Shown: positions 1 to 10,471 of the stretch, in pieces
How positions within the stretch are numbered: the first letter of the stretch is position 1
Layout of the letters: the number at the start of each line of letters is the position of its first letter
Assembly (NCBI GenBank): GCA_965644295.1
Contig: CBFFRP010000390.1
Coordinates: forward strand, 1-22,193
From: Paraphysomonas bandaiensis
Lineage: Eukaryota; Protista; Chrysophyceae
Direction of reading: 5' to 3'
DNA length: 22,193 nucleotides
Position numbers and translations under genes: made by a program
Notes under the pieces: generated by a model
Database searches by the model: none
Seen by the model: the letters and a program-made list of their open reading frames with translations, nothing else
What the model was told of the DNA's origin: nothing

Positions 1-1270
1 CTTCATCTAAATTTGCATAACAAAATGCAGAACTGACATCAAGCTGGTGTACATGCATATGGAACATAAAAGCAATTGCAATCACGAGCCTGATAGTTAT
101 CCCTTTGACAACCGGTGCAAATGTAGATGGCTCCTCCTCAGTTTTCTCCTGAAGATTTCCTAGTGCGACTAGTCGAGCTTTATACTTCTGTATGTTGCCT
201 AGTATGTCACGCTTGAGTTTGTGAACATACTTACATCTGATTAATTTGACCCCAGATGGTCGACGTACTATCTTCAAAACGCCTCTTCGTAAAAGAGCTT
301 TCTTCTCTATTCGTCTGGCTGTTCTCCATTCTTCCGCTTGAGGGGACCTCTCCGCCTCTAGAAAACTGTTCGGTTCATGGACGTGTTCATTCTCAGTACT
401 CTCCTCTGAATCCATGACATTTACATCGGCATCCATTACCTCTATCATGTTAATTTCTCCTAACACTGAAGCATTAGCTAGCCTCCTCCGTAAACGCTTA
501 CGTTTCTCTGCATCCCTTTTAGATACTCTCTGTAGGGTATTAGTACTGTTAGAATTTATAGTATCAGTATATTCAGGTACTCCCTGTTTTACTGCTCGAT
601 CAGGTTCTCCCTGAGCTGCATCTGCATCAAGTACTCCTTGAGTCATATCTTCATCAGGTGCTCCCTGAATAATACCATGGTTAACTAGCTGCTCCTGATG
701 GCTCTCAGGTGCTGGGATAGTGGACGTACTCCGTCCATCAGTGGTACTAGAAGCGTCCCTCGTTCCCGTATATCCCGTGTATCCAGGCGTATTCCTTGTC
801 ATTACCTGAACATCTTCTATATGTATGGGTACCTTCTGCTCAATGTGGGTTCTCCCCGCAGTTACAAGTGACCGATAACCAACAATGACACCCTTTCTTT
901 CTACCACTCTGGTGGTCTTGTACAACAGCCCGTCTTCATCGTCTATGTGAAAAGTCTTCACGAGATGCTGATAATCATTCACCGTCTTTGGTCTAGGTGC
1001 TGTTCGTACTCGAAGAGCGTCGATTTCTGCGTAATATTCTTCGGTGCGGGAAGGTATACTCTCATCTGTGAGTATGTGTACACACGTAATTACCTTATCG
1101 GTTGCTGGGAGATACACCTGGTATCCAACTTTATCTTCCGAATATCCCACTAGGTATCCAATCTTTGATTTATCGTCCCAGTCCTTTCGCCTGTCCGCCT
1201 TAGGTGTCAATATATAAGTTTTGCACCCCCATACTCTAAAATATTTCAAACTGGGTGGCTGACCCGTGAC
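1..1270 (-). mobile_element. Ty1/copia LTR-retrotransposon pol fragment (integrase C-terminal SH3-like region, linker, start of RVT_2 reverse transcriptase); runs off the window
   Basis: The minus-strand frame is in phase from 1270 to 1 (about 423 codons; missing from the ORF track, presumably because it has no stop in the window). It reads VTGQPPSLKYFRVWGCKTY...KDWDDKSKIGYLVGY (copia post-integrase motif), EPNSFLEAERSPQAEEWRTA, KYVHKLKRDILGNIQKYKARLVALG, STFAPVVKGITIRLVIAIA...HQLDVSSAFCYANLDE (copia RT). IN before RT is the copia order. Confidence 0.95.
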
Positions 1271-1495
1271 ATACTATGTGCATTTACAGGCCACTGGTTG
1301 AATATAGAGCCATGTACACATATATACCATATATTAGGGTAAGGATACAACATATATATATATTCTGTAGAAGGGTCACAACCTATACATATATGTGTGG
1401 GTGAAAGAGAGAAACTAGGTTAGTATGTACGCATATATATATGTATACATCCAAACTGTAATAATAATAACTCTTCAAAAGAATTATATATCACA
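1266..1495 (-). repeat. Probable LTR (about 230 bp) of the copia element
   Basis: On the minus strand it starts TGTGATATA and ends TATGTCAC, an imperfect terminal inverted repeat. The interior is AT/TATA-rich, and it directly abuts the integrase-coding sequence. Confidence 0.5.
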
Positions 1496-1539
1496 GCCCA
1501 GCATATAGAATAGAAGATAGTGCTGATGACTATAAACCT

Positions 1540-1880
1540 GCTTTAAACCTGCACAGGTTTACACTCATAGGGGCACTTGAAGATGCAATAATTGATAAGT
1601 TTGAGTAATTGCCTCAGCAACTCATATATTAAAATTGATGGTGCAGTAGAGGTCAAAAGCGTGATATCCTAGATATGATTTCTAAAGCGTTTTCTGATAC
1701 AACGGGACTTATTGCAGACATGAGGACGACTACTATTCAGAACATTTATTCAAAGCAGGATGCGCATATTACCTGAAAACTATGTGGGATCTCTATGGTG
1801 TTCTGGTGACCCGAGTAGACACATACGGCTACTGAGCTTGTAGATCAGGCCGTGCGGTATGACGCAGCCTCGTTTTAACA
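1540..1880 (+). pseudogene. Possible highly degenerate DUF7869-like transposase fragment
   Basis: Broken frames give LEDAIIDKFE*LPQQLIY / KIDGA, then GTYCRHEDD and TMWDLYG. These are collinear with LEEIYLNNDRKLPPVVFQQIDGG, GHTHEDID and VIDLFA of the 523-aa ORF. Confidence 0.25.
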
Positions 1881-2189
1881 ACTCAGCTGTGACCTCACAG
1901 CTTGGTTTGGTAACCAAGACTATGGCTCGTGATAACACTTACTACTATCACTATGCAGGTGTCAAGAAAATGAGACCAAAGTGATATATTATTAGTAAAC
2001 TTTTGTTTCAATCAACTATACTCGAGTGACTGACACCTGCGAAGAATCAGCACGCAAACACCACCTCTAGTGATATCAGGTCGATAGTACCCAGTAAGGT
2101 TAACATAAACAGACAGACACAGAAAGTATGAAAACGTCAGTAGAGCTGCACTCATGTCACACTGTGTTGCAACACACAACCACAAAACG

Positions 2190-2510
2190 CAGGCTGTGTC
2201 ATACACACCTCCCAAAAAAAATTCAGGCCTGGTACAGTTTTTTCATTCAAGAGTCCAAGAAATTTTTGGCCAAAAATATTTTTCATCAAGTCCGCAATAT
2301 TCTGGACGTGGCCCAGTATTTTCTAGACCAGGCCGAATCTAGGGCCAGGTACCATGTCGGAAATGGCGCTGGAGACATACATGCTATATATCTACTCCAT
2401 AGTTCACCACAAATATACATACATAGGAGGTTTTCAAAACCTACACAAAAATGGGGGGGTGAGGTTTTGAAGGACCACCCCGATGGTCCTTCAAAATCTC
2501 GGGTCCAAAA
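2190..2510. repeat. Palindrome/hairpin cluster, likely the subterminal region of the adjacent DNA transposon
   Basis: CAGGCCTG (2224-2231), ATTTTTGGCCAAAAAT (2262-2277), AAAAATATTTTT (2272-2283), AGGTTTTCAAAACCT (2428-2442), and a 17-bp-stem hairpin GAGGTTTTGAAGGACCA-CCCCGA-TGGTCCTTCAAAATCTC (2461-2500). Confidence 0.6.
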
Positions 2511-2714
2511 TCTATGGTCTGGTTGAATTTTCTCTTTGCTAACTGGAAGCTTACTGGAGGGCGGTCAATGGAGATTGCTAATGCAGAATACCGTTATGAC
2601 ATGTTTCGTGATGCGGGTATGTTTCATGGCTGGGATGAATGTAGACTTATCAGTAACAATTTAGACTGCCCTATAGATGAGGAGATGTTGTGTACGTATT
2701 ACAATGCCAAAATA

Positions 2715-3273
2715 TCTTTAGAAAGAGCAGCTGCTGCTTCTGAAAACACATATCTATAATTGTGGTATTTAACGTGTGTTTAACTGAAGCAGTTCCTTAG
2801 CATTTGTAAATTCGGCAACGGTTGGATCGAAATTTTCCACTTCTCTATAGAGGCTTCGTAACCTAACCTCTCTTCGCTGAAAATACTCTTGTCAACATCT
2901 TCTTTTATACAGTTCCCGATTGACATAAGCTTCTCTCCAATGCTTACTCTCCATCCGGAAACGCCATCAGTTTGTTCCAGAAATGAGGGAGTGTCTCCAC
3001 TATTCGGTGCGCCAGCCCCTAATTTTGTCCAATATTCGGTAGCTTCTGGAGCTTCTAACAGCCATGCCAGTAAGGCAATCTTATTCGACAGAGTGTCACA
3101 TCATGATCACGGTCGCGATCCCTGATCATTTCAGTAAATGGGGTGAGCACGGCAAACTGTAGTGTCTTGTTCCCAACAGCAATAAACAATCCTATTGTTG
3201 TTGTCTTCCCTGTTGAATTTCTTTAGAAATAGCAGCTGCTGCTTCTGACAACACATATCTATAATTGTGGTAT
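2715..3273. repeat. 54-bp direct repeat pair (2715-2768 and 3220-3273)
   Basis: TCTTTAGAAA(G/T)AGCAGCTGCTGCTTCTGA(A/C)AACACATATCTATAATTGTGGTAT occurs twice, 505 bp apart, with 2 mismatches. Confidence 0.9.
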
Positions 3274-3333
3274 AAGGTATGACTTACGTACTGTAGTGAC
3301 AATGACTTTACCACTCTTCCTTGGTATACTTAA

Positions 3334-3804
3334 TTAAGAATGGTATATATCACTCTCAGCACCATCACTCTTAATACTATCGCTCTCAGCAACATCACTC
3401 TCACTTGCAGGCTCAACTTCCTCAACACTATCTGCAAGCTCTACCGAACGAGGTGGGTGCACAACCAACGCAGATTCCGTCGTGGACGCTGTTTTCTTCT
3501 TTGTGGAAGAATTGTTCTTAGGAGCAGACCTTTCACTGGGAGCAGCCTTCTTGGGAACAGCTGCCCTACTTGCACGTGGTTTACGAGTTGTCACGACAAA
3601 GTGGGCGGCAGCAGGAGGCTTTCCCTCCACCAAAATACCATACTTATCTTTAACAAGGACGCGCGGGGGAACCTCTTTGCTCTTTTGGCTTGGCTTTTGC
3701 TTTCCGGAATGAATAATGCTATCGGTCGTTTCAACTTCTCTCATCGGAGGCAAATCATTTCCATCAATTTGTATACACGATGGTCGTACCTCATCACCTG
3801 GCAT
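3334..3804 (-). CDS. Probable frameshifted C-terminal continuation of the transposase (low complexity: Lys/Ala-rich, then acidic ESD repeats)
   Basis: Overlaps the end of the 523-aa ORF by 11 nt in another frame (AATCCGGATGCCAGGTGATGAG). Removing one base would fuse the two into an ORF of about 680 aa. Confidence 0.55.
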   Translation of the reverse strand: MPGDEVRPSCIQIDGNDLPPMREVETTDSIIHSGKQKPSQKSKEVPPRVLVKDKYGILVEGKPPAAAHFVVTTRKPRASRAAVPKKAAPSERSAPKNNSSTKKKTASTTESALVVHPPRSVELADSVEEVEPASESDVAESDSIKSDGAESDIYHS

Positions 3805-5365
3805 CCGGATTTACATCAGTGTAGAAGAGCTCGTTGTTCTGGAATGGAATGTATAATGGATGAGACTTGATGTAGTCATCAGCGTTATCAGTCTGAGGGG
3901 AGGTCTGATCCATCCATGTCCTCCACGCCTCACACACAGTCGGATTCTTATGCTCATAAGAGCGAATCATCTTCTCACAACAATCAACTGTTAACTTCCT
4001 ACTCCCTGGAATGAACGACTCCACTGTAATGCTACGTTCGCCATCTGGGAGAGACTTGAGAACATGGTAGGGGTTCTCGCCTGGCTTGGGGCTGGTGTGG
4101 ACATGTACAAGCTGAGGAATCAAATTCGTTATAGATTCCTGTGCAGGATCATCAATAACTTCTATTACCGAATCACGTGTATACGCTCTGGTGGTCATTT
4201 TCACGCAGTACGGATATTCATCGCTCCTTGGAACCCGTTCGAATGTGACCTCCAACTGAGTCCACTCCTCCTTTGCAAAGCGACCGAACTCCTCATCAAT
4301 GAACCCTCCAAACCATCTGTTATAATCCGGAGTGGCAAACAGGTCTATCACTTCTAAATCCTCAATCTTTCTTAAAGCCTGTTTAATTTTTGATACGAAT
4401 TCGTTGGGAGAAAGGCAATATTTGTCCTTCAGTAAATTCCAAATCAATGCGAAGAGTGCATCAATGTCTTCGTGGGTATGGCCAGGGAGTAGCCTCGTGA
4501 TAATAACTTTTTTGCACAACCCTCGCGCTATAATGAGGTAGCTCATCAAAAGGTATAGAACATTGGCATTTTCTGACCCCCCATCTATTTGCTGGAAAAC
4601 AACTGGAGGTAACTTTCGATCGTTATTCAAGTATATTTCTTCGAGACTGAGCAACCAAGTATGCACGCAGTAGTTCCCGGTTATTCTTACATTTGAAAAT
4701 GAGCGATATACCCTCATATTACGACCATGCAGCAGAACTCCCTGCAAATGCTGCTTCAAATGCTTGGGTGGGGGCTTGTTATTCCCAAACCAAGGCAATA
4801 GGCACCTGTTCTGCTGCATCCCATCAGTAATTCCGGAAAGGTATACCCAGGACTCAATCAGTGCCAGATTTCTTCGGGAATAATATGTCCTCCGCTCACC
4901 CATAAAAGTAATTCGATGCAAATGAAACAACTGTGTAACTTCCCTTCTACCGCGAGCATCATGAAACTTGCGCCTCAGCTCAGATAGGGCCGAACAGAGA
5001 TTACATTTACCGCAGCAGTGTTTAAACTTCCTGATCTTGACGTGTGAAAATACTAATTTCCAGAGATCATAGAATGTACGCTTCCCGAGCGGCTCAGTAA
5101 GTTCTGTGTACAACCTCATGTCCGACACATACTCGTCATACACGGAACCCTTGGCTACAGGCTCCAAATGAATCTCCTCACCCTGACATGGAGGACTGTC
5201 GCCCACAAGGTTGAAGTAGTATTCCATCCAGCCGCATGCTACAAGTGATTGTTGCCCATTTGGCAAATGTAGAGATCCTACCATAGTGGTCCGTAAATTT
5301 TTTAATATACGCGCACAGCGGAGACCTACTGCAGTCCCACCTTCCTCTTCCGCCATCCCTGCCAC
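3794..5365 (-). CDS. DUF7869-like (Sola-related DDD/E) transposase-like protein, 523 aa
   Basis: Intronless ORF with a Cys/His cluster (CCGKCNLC...HLH) and three acidic motifs typical of this RNase H-fold family: ITDGMQQN, QQIDGGSENAN and LLPGHTHEDIDALF. Confidence 0.8.
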   Translation of the reverse strand: MAGMAEEEGGTAVGLRCARILKNLRTTMVGSLHLPNGQQSLVACGWMEYYFNLVGDSPPCQGEEIHLEPVAKGSVYDEYVSDMRLYTELTEPLGKRTFYDLWKLVFSHVKIRKFKHCCGKCNLCSALSELRRKFHDARGRREVTQLFHLHRITFMGERRTYYSRRNLALIESWVYLSGITDGMQQNRCLLPWFGNNKPPPKHLKQHLQGVLLHGRNMRVYRSFSNVRITGNYCVHTWLLSLEEIYLNNDRKLPPVVFQQIDGGSENANVLYLLMSYLIIARGLCKKVIITRLLPGHTHEDIDALFALIWNLLKDKYCLSPNEFVSKIKQALRKIEDLEVIDLFATPDYNRWFGGFIDEEFGRFAKEEWTQLEVTFERVPRSDEYPYCVKMTTRAYTRDSVIEVIDDPAQESITNLIPQLVHVHTSPKPGENPYHVLKSLPDGERSITVESFIPGSRKLTVDCCEKMIRSYEHKNPTVCEAWRTWMDQTSPQTDNADDYIKSHPLYIPFQNNELFYTDVNPDAR

Positions 5366-5618
5366 AGCAGAGATGCCACGACGACGCCAACTCCGTCAGC
5401 TACTCCTCTATCCAAGGCCCACCTCGCAGCAAAAAACACGCTGCCGGAGCCCCAACATACCCCCTCGTCCATGTATCTGAGGTTAAGAACACTTGACTTA
5501 CTGATACAGAATCCTTCTCCACAGAGTCCCGAGGAGCCCTGTCCTAAGGAGCGTCCTTCTGACTGAACGTTCTGTCCCTAAACTATTCGAGAGCCTCTCC
5601 CTCACACAAAAGAAAGGA

Positions 5619-5797
5619 AGTGGTTGCACCTTGGCGCTTGAGGCGACGCACAAGCAGCTTCTGTAGCGTTAAATAGTAGGATATGAGAAATTGTGCTAGT
5701 TAGTTACTGGTAGAGGTTGATCTTGCTTGACTAGTCTTCATCTAACTAGTTATCTGGTTTCGATTTTTGACACCTACTGCTGATAATAAGACTTTCA
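5619..5797. repeat. Dispersed short element, copy 1
   Basis: AGTGGTTGCACCTTGGCGCTTGAGGCGACGCACAAGCAGCTTCTGTAGCGTTAAATAGTAGGAT...AAGACTTTCA aligns with 15028-15207, starting at the same AGTGG. Confidence 0.85.
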
Positions 5798-6530
5798 TAC
5801 AATATTCTTTGCCAACGATCTTTGACATGTTACATTACTCTTGCGTACTGAGGGTTAAAGTGTATACTGACCTCTATACTGAAAATTACTTACAATTATG
5901 ATTATTATTAAAATGATTACGTGACTTTGCACATACATCCAAACTTCTACGCTATGCTTTATAATTGGCAACAGTTACTAATTATTATTATTATCACTTT
6001 AATTTAGAATAAATATAATTAAAACCAATTAGTTTAATTGGCAATGATTGCCAATAAATTGAAAACCAAATAATTGTTATGCAAGCCTGTCACATTCGCC
6101 AATTCCGTCCATATCTGTTAACTATTAGTATATGCCTCTATATGTTTAAAATTATGATTATATATCGTTAACAGAACTCTCCTCTAAGCTAAAGTTGGAG
6201 GCCAAAAATAAAAGTCAAACTTCCGCAGTGCATGTTTGTCTATGAACTTCAGCTTAAATCCAAGCCAAAAAAAGAAGCAAAATTTGAAAGCAAAAATGAT
6301 TTCTGGTTAATTGATACGCAGCCCTGTTGAGTACGGATAAGCCTTTCTATTTGACAGTTTTATACGTTTTGGTAGGCTCGTACATAAGACTAAGACTACA
6401 AAAACACCACACACGTACGCATTGCAAATTACGAAATCAAATAGCTATTTGAGCCAGCAAGGCATAACAAGCCAAATTTCAAAGCTATATCATATGGTGA
6501 CAAATCTACTCAGGTAGAATCTCAAAATCT

Positions 6531-9500
6531 TTACACACAGTCCATTTTTTCAATGTCGTGGTCACATTTCGCTTTTATATCCATTAATTGATTTGCCAAT
6601 AGATTCAGTTCGTCTCTGTGCGGCCACCCGTTATGGCCACAATGGACAGATATTAACTGTCCAAGCTTTAGCCTAGCTCTACATCGTGCATTCTTCATTG
6701 TTTCTGTCGTATCCTCCAATAAAAGGTGCGATACACCGTCTAGATGAAGACCGCGGATATCACCAGAGGCAATTTGCTGCTGCTGAATCAGCATCACCTC
6801 CATGGCCTCAGCAATGAACAGCATGCACGCATCCACAGGAGGATCATAAAGAGATGGAATTGTAGGTGATTCACTTCCCGGTGGCTGCTGATGGGAGTCC
6901 CTTAGTTGTGCTATCAGCACCTTCATGTCTTGCACTGCTCTTTCGACAGATGTACGGCTGGAAGGAAGACATGTGTCGAACGATGCCACCCTAGCATCCG
7001 ACGATCCAGTATTGCCCCCCCATATCACATAGCATGCTACCCAAGCGCGAATACCGTCTAGCCCATGAGATACAGATTGCCCCAAAAGTTCACCACAGCA
7101 CCCGTCGGCTCTAGACAACGCCAGCCAGAACTTCTCCACCATCGACATACTTGAATCAGTAATACTTTTGGAGCAATGGACTTCCATTTGGACCCATTTA
7201 TTATGTGGGTACACGGAACGATCTTGCCCGGATAGTGGCTCATTGTTACTTGGCCTAGGAGCCTCTATCATTGTCGTCACACTACTTTCCATTTCCTGTG
7301 CCTCTGGAAAAGTGGAACCTGCGATATCAGTGGTGGGATGAAAGTATACCCCCTCATCATCACTATCATCGCCTGAACCATTAATTTCCAATGAGGTAGT
7401 CACAGAAGTGTTTGTTCTCGCAATGTCGCTTGAGCGGGATATCTCCTCAGCCGAGGCTCGACGTGAGATATTTACACAGCAGGCAGCAAAATGTTCCACA
7501 AACTCTTCCGTAATGCGCATGTCGGTCAATTCCAATACTCCACATGATGAAGCCTGTGTGGATGCAGAAACTTCCTCAGATATTTCATCATTGCCGAGAG
7601 AGCCGCCTGAAGTACCTCCAGTTGTGACCCCGTTCTCATGATCACTCCATCCTACGTTCGATGACAATTTATAATCCCCCTTTCGTTGCATTAAACAACG
7701 TTCTACTAAACGACAGATATGACTTCGTCCTTCAGGAATCGTGACTGGAAGACCAAGTGCACTAGCCACGCGGTACTCACGACAATGGACCGGTACCCTT
7801 CCAGAGCCATCACCAAGCAACACTCGACAGGCAATTCCCACTTTCAGAGAAGATGCATGATAGATTATCTCATCATCTGGGTCCTACCAACAGACTATAT
7901 TACTTTGGGCTAGATACAAGTGCATAAAATACATCAAAATCACATAATATGCACAACCCATGCGCAGTTTTCGAAACAACGAGCCATCATAGAAATACCC
8001 GTATCCTATGAAGAACAATAATGCCACAACATATCTTTAACACACCTGGATCACAATCTTGGGACAACTCGCATGCAAATAGTTATCTAGCACATCAGTG
8101 TCCCATCGACCAAGTAATTTTAGGCCGTTACCAGCCCAATTCCCCAGCATTCGGCTAGCAACAGCCTCCAAGCGGACAAAAGTGCGGTCGCATACAAGCG
8201 CTGAAACTAATCAACAGCATTATTACATCACAACGAGTTTACATATTTCACTGCACAGGTCCCGTCTGCATCTACATCTGATACAAAAGTGTACAGGGAT
8301 GCTTCATAGTGCCTAACAATACCTGCAGCTCCATAGTGCCTAGCAATATGACAAGCCACCATACCGCCAATACTTTCGCCATGCAGATACAGGTAATTCA
8401 CTTTCATAGTCTCCTTCAGGTGTTGTGCTACAGCTAGTCCATCATCTTTTACTCTGGAAGGATCAGGTACCCCTGAGCTATCTCCATACCCTCTATAGTT
8501 GAATACGCACACGTTCATATCTGACACAATGTAAAACATTGTTGATAAGTCAACTACACACATTCACAGCTAGTAGAATATTGACAAGACAGGAATGTGT
8601 ACAAACAAAAATAACAAATAGAGATCAAATACGAATAATGACAAAGTTCACCTAATTTCTGAAGATAAAACCACAACCACGAAGAATTTGGAGAGGACAT
8701 TGCGAAGCACTCATAGAATCCTGCATTAGGGGGACAGAATAGAACAGTCGCCGAATTCGAAAAGGCCGTACAAGTAGTTCGTGACTGCGCACATATAAAT
8801 ATCCCATCGATGATATTTCCTTGGGACCCATTTATGCGCAGCCGATGTACCCGAGATGACAAATCAGAACAATCTTTCTCATTCAGTGTTGACGCAGGCG
8901 GGGTGAAGGAAAAGTGAATCTGTCTTCGCATCATTGGAAACGACATTTTCTCTATTCCCTGTGGCCCCAAAAACCAGTCAGAAACCGCGGACTGGATGGA
9001 CGCCAAATAACTCGGAGTGTTATTAGAACTAGCAACGTCAGCCATTGCATAGCCCGTTGATTGTTTAAGCATCTCTGACGCACTGGACAAGAAAGAAATG
9101 AACGAATATTGAAATTATCAAGCCATCACAATGTTTTGTCACAGCACAGCACCAATGATTGAAGCTCACTAGCGGTGTGTACCTGCGAACACTACCCCCA
9201 AAAGACATGCATTGCATACATAGGTCCACCAGCTCCTTCTGAGACACCTCCAGTAGCCTTCCAAGCCCAGTTCTAGAAGTCGCCACCGGAGACAACATAG
9301 CTAAAAGCTCACTGACGGAATGAAAAAGTGAAGACCCTGAATTATGGAGGTCTTTAAACAAAAGTGAATCTTCAACAGACACGCCATTCCCGCCCTTATT
9401 TCATATATATCACTAGAAAATAAGTTCACTGCAATACGCACCTTCTCGGCCATTACTTGTGCAAAATTTACCCCCTCGTCTAAGATAGCTAGTATGCACG

Positions 9501-9993
9501 GCAGGTGACGCTTACACAACAGTTCCAGTTCATCAAGCTTCAATGTAGAGTTGAGCCCCACTCGACCACCGTGAGTCAGATTAATTAAAGAAAGAGCGAT
9601 AGCACTGGAAGACGATGCAATACGATCGCATTGGGTTGACAGGCCTTTCAAATATTCCCGTGATATGTTGCGTTGCACAGAATGTAAACTGCCCGGAAAT
9701 ATGACACTTCGGGCGAATGAACGGAGTCCTAAGACCAAAAGGATTATCAATAACAGCAGAGTCCCGGGGGACGTCAGCAAGAAACTGAAAATATAAAACG
9801 GAAATATAAACACAACTAGAATGGGATAGACAACGACGACTCCAATCAATGTTATGACTGGGTTATACGCAATAAGTCTTCCCAATGTGAATAACTTATC
9901 AGCCAAACATTTTCGTGGGAATAGTTTACCGATACACAGAAATATGCCAAGGTCATAACAGGAGCAGCAGTACTCGGAATATAATTGAAGCAT
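6531..9993 (-). CDS. Alpha/beta-hydrolase (ABHD12/13/17-like) with N-terminal transmembrane segments, six exons, about 968 aa
   Basis: Exons 9993-9442, 9394-9183, 9082-8652, 8520-8323, 8206-8046 and 7883-6531 splice in frame via GT-AG introns. Motifs: TVLFCPPNAGFYE, VCVFNYRGYGDSSG, nucleophile LHGESIGG, LVCDRTF, QDPDDEII (Asp) and CGHNG (His). The N-terminus is hydrophobic. Confidence 0.88.
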
Positions 9994-10471
9994 CTTTAAA
10001 TCAAATCAATAAACACCAGCGCGGTTAATCTGTGGGGCAGCAGCCATCTCTCCCTTGAAATTAACAGATGTTGCTACCATTAGATACGTGCATGCCGTAT
10101 GTAGTTATTGATATCACGAATGTACTTCACTTAACACACTCCAAGCTACACGTGTTCTTGTGTTTGGCTGTATTCTTTAGTTTTGTATTGTATTGTAATA
10201 CAGTGGCCGAAATATAACAATGAAATACAGAATACATAGACAAACTGAAAATATGCATTGTCTTGTTGGCTCATCACTTCACTGCGTGGGGTGTGTTACA
10301 GGCGAAACAGTGTACAGATGTACAACAGTCCTTGTCGGACACTTGAGAAACAGTCAAGTTATTGGAGTGCCAATCCGGCAAACGATCTTTGCTTGTCACA
10401 CTGTATTTCTTGGAGAGCTTAGTCTATGAGTTGTTAATTCTAAACAATGGCTGATGTGAACCCGGTTGACT

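Noticed and set aside
414-5480. Plus-strand ORFs such as 414-614, 947-1153, 2128-2526, 3340-3870 and 4064-4357
   Set aside because: They are antisense shadows of the minus-strand pol and transposase frames, or chance ORFs over the palindromic region, with no recognisable motifs.
5840-5858. piggyBac-like terminus (AGGG-TTAA)
   Set aside because: The match is short, with no partner end or piggyBac transposase in the window.
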